DNA of 64,000 nucleotides. Source: Candidatus Poribacteria bacterium. Lineage in GTDB: Bacteria; Poribacteria; WGA-4E; GCA-2687025. The stretch is taken from assembly GCA_963665845.2 (NCBI GenBank), contig OY762492.1, positions 3,886,615 to 3,950,614 on the forward strand, written 5' to 3'. The notes under the pieces are model-generated. The model ran no database searches and was not told where the DNA came from. It saw only the letters and a program-made list of their open reading frames with translations. This document shows, one piece after another, positions 57,940-64,000 of this stretch (positions are counted from its first letter, which is position 1; each line of letters begins with the position of its first letter). Position numbers and translations under genes: made by a program.

Positions 57940-58109
57940 GGCGATTCTCCTTCCAGTGGAAAGCTCAACAGAACGCGCGCCCCGCCTCTATCAAATCGTC
58001 CCCCGCTTCCGCGAGGACATGCATTCCCGCGTAAGCGGGAATCTACAAGCGCTTTTTTCATGGCGATTCTCCTTCCATTGGAAAGCTCAACAGGACGCGC
58101 GCGCCGCCT
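57923..58109. repeat. 65-bp direct repeat (62/65) flanking a 57-bp palindromic insert
   Basis: 57923-57987 vs 58045-58109; insert 57988-58044 contains ATTCCCGCGTAAGCGGGAAT. Confidence 0.9.
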
Positions 58110-59473
58110 TCCGCTCTGTTTTCAATGCGCGCATACCCCCCATGCTGCTCCATAATGCGCTTGACGACGGTCAACCCAAGCCCGCTTCCCCGCGTCTTCG
58201 TTGTAAAGAACGGGTTGAACAGCTCCTCCAAAGCCTCCTCCGAAAAACCAGGACCGCCGTCCTCCACAACAAACTGCGCCTCATTGTCGACCGTCCGAAG
58301 CGACGCCGCAATCTCGCCTCCGTCCGGCTGCGCCTGCGCCGCGTTCAACAGCACATTCAGCAGCGCCTGCTTCAAAGCGGCTTCGTCCGCGTTCAAGATC
58401 GGTTCATCGACAATGTTGAGCCGCGCCTGAATCCTTTGCTGGCGGAAATTGGCGGACAACAGATCCAGCGCGCCGCGCAGAACCTCCGCCGCGTTGATCG
58501 GCTGAAAATGAAGGCGGGGCGGACGCGCGCTGTCGACCGCAAAGGCGAGCGTCCGCTCCACAATCTGATTCAGACGGTCGATCTCTTCAACGCCGTTTTC
58601 GATGTAGGTCAAGATTTCCTCCTGGCGCGTTTTTTCAGCTGCAAGCTGCAGCGTCAACCGAATCGACGAGAGCGGGTTGCGTATCTCATGGGCGAAGGTT
58701 GCCGCCATCTGTCCAGCCGCCGCGAGACGTTCCTGCTGCGCGAGCTGTTCGCGCGAGCGCAGCAGCTGATCCGTCATCTCGTTGAACGCCTCGGCGAGCT
58801 GTCCGACCTCGTCTTCGGAGCGCGCCTGAACCCTGCGCGTCAGGTCGCCGTCCGCGATGCCGCGGGCGCCTTCAGCCAGCTCCTCAATCGGCGCGGTGAT
58901 CGCGCGCGCGATGAGCCGACCTGTCAACGCGGCAAACGCGGCGCCGCCCATCGCCGCCGCCGCCACCAGCCATGCGATCCAGCGGCGCGCCGCCTCCACA
59001 TCGTCGAACGGCAGCGTCATCGTCAGCAGCTCCACGTTCCGGTCGAACGGTATCCGCGCATGCGCCATCCGATAGGAGCGCCCCTGCGCGTTGAACCATC
59101 TCGGCGCGGACGGGTTTTGATACGCCGTTTTCAACGCCGCTTCCAGACGCGCATGGTCGTCTTGTTCAAAATTGGTTCGGTCCAGCGTCGCTCCCATGAC
59201 AAGCCCGTTGCGGTTCGATCCGATCAGATCGACGCCGAACGCCGTTTTCGCTTTTTCATATTCGCGCCAGTTGCTGAGATCCAGCAGCTCGGAAGCCGCG
59301 ACAGCGTTCAAATAACGGCGCATGGAGGCGTCCACATCGCGCTCTGTGTACCGGTTGAAAACATAAAGCGAGGCTGCCGCCGACACGCCGACCGCGGACA
59401 TCACCAGCGCCGTGAACGGAACCGCCATTTTCCAGCGTATGCGCCAACCTTTCACCCATAAACGAATCCGCAT
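58058..59473 (-). CDS. Membrane sensor histidine kinase with HAMP domain
   Basis: 2 TM, DEVGQLAEAFNEM, FAHEIRNPL, FFTTK.GSGLGL. Confidence 0.93.
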   Translation of the reverse strand: MRIRLWVKGWRIRWKMAVPFTALVMSAVGVSAAASLYVFNRYTERDVDASMRRYLNAVAASELLDLSNWREYEKAKTAFGVDLIGSNRNGLVMGATLDRTNFEQDDHARLEAALKTAYQNPSAPRWFNAQGRSYRMAHARIPFDRNVELLTMTLPFDDVEAARRWIAWLVAAAAMGGAAFAALTGRLIARAITAPIEELAEGARGIADGDLTRRVQARSEDEVGQLAEAFNEMTDQLLRSREQLAQQERLAAAGQMAATFAHEIRNPLSSIRLTLQLAAEKTRQEEILTYIENGVEEIDRLNQIVERTLAFAVDSARPPRLHFQPINAAEVLRGALDLLSANFRQQRIQARLNIVDEPILNADEAALKQALLNVLLNAAQAQPDGGEIAASLRTVDNEAQFVVEDGGPGFSEEALEELFNPFFTTKTRGSGLGLTVVKRIMEQHGGYARIENRAEGGARVLLSFPMEGESP

Positions 59474-59483
59474 GGCGCGCCTC

Positions 59484-60269
59484 CTAAACTGACAATGCCG
59501 CCTGCCAGACGCCGTCCGCCTTTACAAAACGCGCCTGGACGCCGTAGGTTTCTTGGATGAGGCGCGGATCGCGCAGCTCCTCCGCGCGCCCAAACGCCAG
59601 CGCCTTCCCCTCCCGCAAAAACATGAGCCTGTCGCAGTATCGATAGGCGAGGTTCAGGTCATGCAAAGCGGCGGCGACCGTCCATCCGCGCTCATCCGCG
59701 AGCGAGCGCGCCGCCTGCATCGTCTCCATCTGATACTTGATGTCCAAGTGCGCCGTCGGTTCATCCAGCAACACAACGCTCGGTTCCTGCGCCCAGATCT
59801 GCGCCAGAAACATTCGCTGCCGCTCCCCGCCGCTCAATTCGCTGGAGCGGCGATGTTGAAGTTCCGACAGCTGCGCCGCCTCCAGCGCCGCGTTGACCGC
59901 CTCCACGTCGCGCTTGCTCATGGAGGCAAAGACGGAGCGGTGAGCGAACCGCCCCATGGAGACGATGTCGCGCGGGGTGAGGTCGGCGACTCCTTCGGTA
60001 TGCTGCGCCATGACGCCGAGTATCTGCGCCCGTTCCCGTTTAGAATACCGCTCTATTGGACGCCCTTCCAGCAGGACGCTTCCCTCCGCAAGGGGCAGCG
60101 CCCCGGCGAGAGCGCGCAGCAGGGTCGTTTTGCCGGCTCCGTTTGCCCCCAGTATGCCGGTCGTTTCCCCGCGCTGAAACGCGCCGCTGACGCCGTCCAG
60201 GATGCGCACCGAGCCGATCTGTACCGACACATTCAACGCAGCCAGCGGAGCGTCTTGATCAACCTTCAT
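59484..60269 (-). CDS. ABC transporter ATPase, iron-chelate/cobalamin type
   Basis: GANGAGKT, LSGGERQR, LLDEPTAHLD, LHDLNLA. Confidence 0.92.
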   Translation of the reverse strand: MKVDQDAPLAALNVSVQIGSVRILDGVSGAFQRGETTGILGANGAGKTTLLRALAGALPLAEGSVLLEGRPIERYSKRERAQILGVMAQHTEGVADLTPRDIVSMGRFAHRSVFASMSKRDVEAVNAALEAAQLSELQHRRSSELSGGERQRMFLAQIWAQEPSVVLLDEPTAHLDIKYQMETMQAARSLADERGWTVAAALHDLNLAYRYCDRLMFLREGKALAFGRAEELRDPRLIQETYGVQARFVKADGVWQAALSV

Positions 60270-60281
60270 GGCAGGCGCCTT

Positions 60282-60935
60282 TCAGACCATGATCGGCGGC
60301 GCGGCGGGAGCGAGCAGCTGTATCAACCCCAGCGCAAAAGCGAACGCGGCAAACGCCGCCAGCGCCAACAGCAAGCCCCATGCGAGCGCCGCCGCCAGAA
60401 AGGCGCGAAAGGCGCTGGTCTCATGGGCGGCTTGAAGGCCGGCGACCGTTAAATAAAACCCCCAGAACGGGTACAACAAGACGCCGATGCAGGGCGTCCA
60501 CGCGAGCATTATGAGCGCGCCGTTCATATACAAAAACGCGCGGACGGAGACGCCCAGCCCGTTTCTCCCCGCCCCTAGAATCGCTGCAAACAGATGCTGA
60601 TAACATGCGAGCGCGACGACGCCGAAGGTGGAGCAGATCATGCCCATCAGAAGCATGTAGGCGCCGTCCATCCACCCTGTCGGACCCGCCGCCATGCCAA
60701 ACGGAGATGGAAAGACCGACCGAATCAACGCGCTCAACAAAAACGACAGCGCGGCGGCGATGATCCAAAAAAGGAGCGCCGAGCCGATTTTCGCGGGCTT
60801 CCCGTTGGCCGCATAGGCGAGATGCGGACGAAACAGCGCCGCGCCGAAGACGCCAAAAAACGCCCGTATCCGCCCTTGCCCCGTTCTGCCTTCCCATGCG
60901 TCCAGAGGGCTGCGCCCGTCAACCGTTTTTTCCAT
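60282..60935 (-). CDS. YIP1-like membrane protein
   Basis: About 5 TM helices; WE...F...LFRP N-terminus; GLQAAH motif. Confidence 0.65.
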   Translation of the reverse strand: MEKTVDGRSPLDAWEGRTGQGRIRAFFGVFGAALFRPHLAYAANGKPAKIGSALLFWIIAAALSFLLSALIRSVFPSPFGMAAGPTGWMDGAYMLLMGMICSTFGVVALACYQHLFAAILGAGRNGLGVSVRAFLYMNGALIMLAWTPCIGVLLYPFWGFYLTVAGLQAAHETSAFRAFLAAALAWGLLLALAAFAAFAFALGLIQLLAPAAPPIMV

Positions 60936-61143
60936 ACCCTCCGCCTTGAGTGGATCTCATTGTCATGGCTGGGGTCATTGTGCCACATTGACGCAAAAAT
61001 TCAACCGCTGCGCGTCTGACCTCGCGTCTTTAGTTGGGACATGACGAGGTAAAAGAGGTAAAACGCGCGGAAATCTTAGCTATTGTCTGAACTCAATTTT
61101 TCAGGTTTGAAAAGAGCGATAGGGCGGTTTTGGGGCGCGCTGT

Positions 61144-61560
61144 TCATTTTCCCCTGCGCTCCTCCAACTTCCGCCGTATGCGGTTCAAGGCGGCTGTCGG
61201 CTTGCGCATGTCATGCTCCCACACGCGCAGTACCGACCAACCTTTGCGCCGCAGCGCGGCTCGGTTTCGACGGTCGCGCCGCACGTTCCGGTCGATCTTG
61301 GCGTTCCAGTACTCCTGGTTGCTGCTCGGCCGGCGCAGATGTTTTGGGCAGCCATGCCAAAAGCAGCTGTCGATGAACAACGCGATCTTCGCCTCTTTAA
61401 AGACGGCGTCCGGATTGCCCGTCATTCCCTCCGGATGCGTCTCAAAGCCTGTCATGCCCGCTTCGCGCATGAGCTGAAAGAACCGCCGCTCTAGACTTGT
61501 GCCGCGGCTCTTCACAGCGCGCATGATCTCGGAGCGCCGCTCTGGGCTGACATGGTCCAA
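61144..61560 (-). CDS. vsr: Very-short-patch repair endonuclease
   Basis: RSEIMRAVKSRGTSLE, GNPD, FIDSCFWHGCP, YWNAKIDRNVRRD, GWSVLRVWEH. Confidence 0.93.
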   Translation of the reverse strand: MDHVSPERRSEIMRAVKSRGTSLERRFFQLMREAGMTGFETHPEGMTGNPDAVFKEAKIALFIDSCFWHGCPKHLRRPSSNQEYWNAKIDRNVRRDRRNRAALRRKGWSVLRVWEHDMRKPTAALNRIRRKLEERRGK

Positions 61561-61602
61561 GAGCGATTCCTTTCAGCTCATGCGTTCAACGTCAAAAGAA
61601 GC

Positions 61603-62844
61603 TTACTCGGTTCCCCCCTCTTCCGACATTTCGGTTTCTGTCGGGGCTTCCGTTTCGTCGGGGAGCTGCACAGAAGCCGGTTCAAACTCGCCGTTCTCGA
61701 CGATCGCGACATACGCCTTCTTCGGGCAGTCGCCATGCTCGTCAAAGTAGGTGAGACCCGTCACGCCTTCAAACGCAGCCTCCGGCGACATGACCGACGC
61801 GAAATGGTCTCGGACAGCGGTCCGGTCGGTTCCAACCTTCTTGATCGCATCGGCGACCATGTTGACCGCGTCGTAGGTGAGCGCCGCCCAGGTGTCGGGG
61901 TCGTGTTCATATTTTGTTTGAAACGCTTTCAGAAACTCCTGCGCCATTTTTCCGCCGATGGTCGGATGGACGATGAACGGCGTCGTCAGGAGCATTCCCT
62001 CCACCGCGTCCCCGCCGAGCTTGATGAGTTCAGGCGAGTACAGCCCGTCCCCGCCCAGCAGCGGTATGTTGATGTTCTTGTCCATGGCCTGTTTGGCGAT
62101 GGCGGCTCCCTCATTGTAGAGGCCGGAGACGAAGATGATTTCGGCTCCCCTCGCCTGCGCCTTATCCAGCGCGACCGCGTAGTCGAGCGTCACTTCGCTT
62201 GTGTACGATTCATTGACAACGATTTCGAGACCGATCTTCTCCGCTTCTTCGGCAAACGCATCTCGGAGTCCCTGCCCGTAATCGTCGTCGTCGTAAAAGA
62301 CCGCCGCGGAGTCATGCCCTAGCACATTCTTGATGTATCGGGCGATGGAGATGCCTTGGTACCCGTCATGGTACAGATTTCGGAATGTCCACTCGGACAG
62401 CCGGCAGATGTCGATGTTGGTGGAGCCGGGAGAGAACTGCAGTATTCCCGCCTGCTTGTAGATCTCTCTTCCGGCGGCGGAGCAGGTGGAGTTGAAGTGC
62501 CCGATGACAGCGACAATGGCGTTGTCGTTCGCCAGCGCGTTGGCGACCGTCGTCGCTTGGCTGTCTTTTCCTTCGTCGTCCTCTATTCGGAATTCAATCA
62601 TGCGTCCGTCGATGCCGCCGGCGTCGTTGATCTGGTCGCGCGCGAGCTCCGCGCCTTTCGTGATCTGATCCCCAAAAGCGGCTCCTCTTCCGGTGATCGG
62701 ACACGCAATCCCGATCCGAATCGGGTCTGTTGTGGAGACGCCCTCTTTCGATGACGGTTCCTTGCCCTCGTCCTTAGAGCCGCATCCCAGTGCAAACACG
62801 GCTGCAGCGGCTAAAAGAGCGATCCAGCGCTGTTTTCTGAACAT
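61603..62844 (-). CDS. Branched-chain amino acid (LivJ/K-type) ABC substrate-binding lipoprotein
   Basis: ALGC lipobox, IRIG...GAELARDQINDAGGIDG, VIGHFNS, DDYGQG, YDAV. Confidence 0.9.
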   Translation of the reverse strand: MFRKQRWIALLAAAAVFALGCGSKDEGKEPSSKEGVSTTDPIRIGIACPITGRGAAFGDQITKGAELARDQINDAGGIDGRMIEFRIEDDEGKDSQATTVANALANDNAIVAVIGHFNSTCSAAGREIYKQAGILQFSPGSTNIDICRLSEWTFRNLYHDGYQGISIARYIKNVLGHDSAAVFYDDDDYGQGLRDAFAEEAEKIGLEIVVNESYTSEVTLDYAVALDKAQARGAEIIFVSGLYNEGAAIAKQAMDKNINIPLLGGDGLYSPELIKLGGDAVEGMLLTTPFIVHPTIGGKMAQEFLKAFQTKYEHDPDTWAALTYDAVNMVADAIKKVGTDRTAVRDHFASVMSPEAAFEGVTGLTYFDEHGDCPKKAYVAIVENGEFEPASVQLPDETEAPTETEMSEEGGTE

Positions 62845-62998
62845 CTTAGTCCCTTCAATGTGAGTCGATGAGCAATGACAACTGTCCATATCATACACCG
62901 ATTGCCGCCGTTGAGCAACCAAGCGGCCCTGATCTCATGTCTAAAGTCGAAACGGGTGGATGAACAAAGCCTTTATTCATGGGAAAAAGCGTCGCCAA

Positions 62999-63100
62999 CC
63001 AAATCGTTCCCCGCTTTCCCGTTTTCACGAGGACATGCCCGCGGGGACATGCATTCCCGCCCTTGCGGTAAAACGTGCGGGAATCTAGAGGCGCCGCAGA
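62999..63100. repeat. Nested, expanded copy of the palindromic element at 57988-58044
   Basis: CAAATCGT.CCCCGCTT...GGACATGCATTCCCGC...GCGGGAATCTAGAG. Confidence 0.75.
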
Positions 63101-63127
63101 CGTCTTCATATACCGTCTCCCGCCAAC

Positions 63128-63862
63128 TCAATTCAGGCGGTATGGGGGCGTCCTGTTTTTCTTTTTTTCATCCGCCTCATCGTCCTCGTCTTCGTCCTCA
63201 ATGGGCGTCTCGAACAGATCCGCCTGCTCGCGCGCGGCGAGAACCGCCTTGCATCGGAAATTGTACCGAGCGATCTCATCGATCTCATGGGACAAGAGGC
63301 TGGAAAGGCTGTCCATGGAGAGCAGGCGCTGCTTGTCGCTGCGGCGCATCGGAATCACGGAGGCGACGCTGTACGCAAGCCCGGACGGCTCCATCGGCGG
63401 AACCGCGGTCGGCTTCTCCCACTCAGGATCAATCTGGGCGGAAAGACGCTCAAACGACGCTAGCTCGCGCCGAAGGCTGTTTGCCAGCTCGGTCGTCTCT
63501 TGACCGCTCTCCTTCTCTGTCAATTCCGGCAGCAATTCCACGCGCGCTTTCATGAACGGGCTTTCCTGCGTGATCTCCTCGATTCGAAAACGGGAACCGC
63601 CGACGCAAAGCAGACCGTAGCGCCCGTCGTCAAACTGCTCCGAGCGTTCAATTTCAGCGACGGTCCCGATCTCATGAACCTCGGCAGGACCCCCGACCTC
63701 GTCGCCTTTTCGGATCAGAACGACTCCGAACGGGCGTTTTTGAGACAGGCATTCCCCGATCATGGAGATGTAACGTTCCTCAAAAATATGAAGCGGGAGA
63801 GCCATGCCAGGGTAGAGAACGGTGTTCAACGGAAAAATGCTCATCTGTGTGTTCGATTCCAT
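63128..63862 (-). CDS. Stand-alone Lon substrate-binding (N-terminal) domain protein
   Basis: IFPLNTVLYPGMALPLHIFEERY, FGVVLI, DDGRY, GGSRFRI, KQRLL; ends RLN. Confidence 0.9.
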   Translation of the reverse strand: MESNTQMSIFPLNTVLYPGMALPLHIFEERYISMIGECLSQKRPFGVVLIRKGDEVGGPAEVHEIGTVAEIERSEQFDDGRYGLLCVGGSRFRIEEITQESPFMKARVELLPELTEKESGQETTELANSLRRELASFERLSAQIDPEWEKPTAVPPMEPSGLAYSVASVIPMRRSDKQRLLSMDSLSSLLSHEIDEIARYNFRCKAVLAAREQADLFETPIEDEDEDDEADEKKKNRTPPYRLN

Positions 63863-63901
63863 GCAAAATCTCCCCGCGTCTAACTCCTAATCGTCTCGTT
63901 T

Positions 63902-63930
63902 ATTTTACCGCGCGCCGGCGGCTCTGTCAA
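63902..63930 (-). promoter_or_regulatory. Putative sigma70 promoter
   Basis: TTGACA-N17-TAAAAT on the minus strand. Confidence 0.7.
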
Positions 63931-64000
63931 AGACCGAGCCTGACCGCGCGCAAAGTTGGGACATCGGCATAGAGACCGCCGCCTAAGCGTTCCAGCCCTC

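Overview
GC-rich bacterial chromosomal window, probably Candidatus Poribacteria or a relative. This is an inference from two recurrent C-terminal motifs (YPNPFNPETWIPYQL...FlgD-like tail and V-D-P-x-x-K-x4-W-[GA]-x-[LM]-K) plus DUF1553/DUF1501, PhyH, NHL and TolB-repeat content. The dominant feature is a 22.3 kb tandem array (3832-26100) of seven paralogous secreted proteins. Together they hold 18 copies of a ~270-aa propeller-like module (2,2,4,2,5,1,2 per gene), each gene ending in a homogenised ~300-aa tail. The array splits the normally adjacent DUF1553-DUF1501 pair and is bracketed by a degenerate 43-bp direct repeat of that gene junction, and a derivative of the junction precedes every cassette. 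A second junction duplication (65 bp) flanks a 57-bp REP-like palindromic insert at 57988-58044. The rest holds tandem paralog pairs (TolB-like, M28 peptidases, membrane proteins), an M6 protease, fdhD/YdeP/DUF362, two sigma54 two-component systems, tRNA-Trp, mutL, sodN/sodX with a switch-like 5' leader, pyk, an orphan vsr and several dispersed intergenic repeat families. No CRISPR array, transposase, integrase or reverse transcriptase was recognised. All product calls come from reading motifs, not from database searches.
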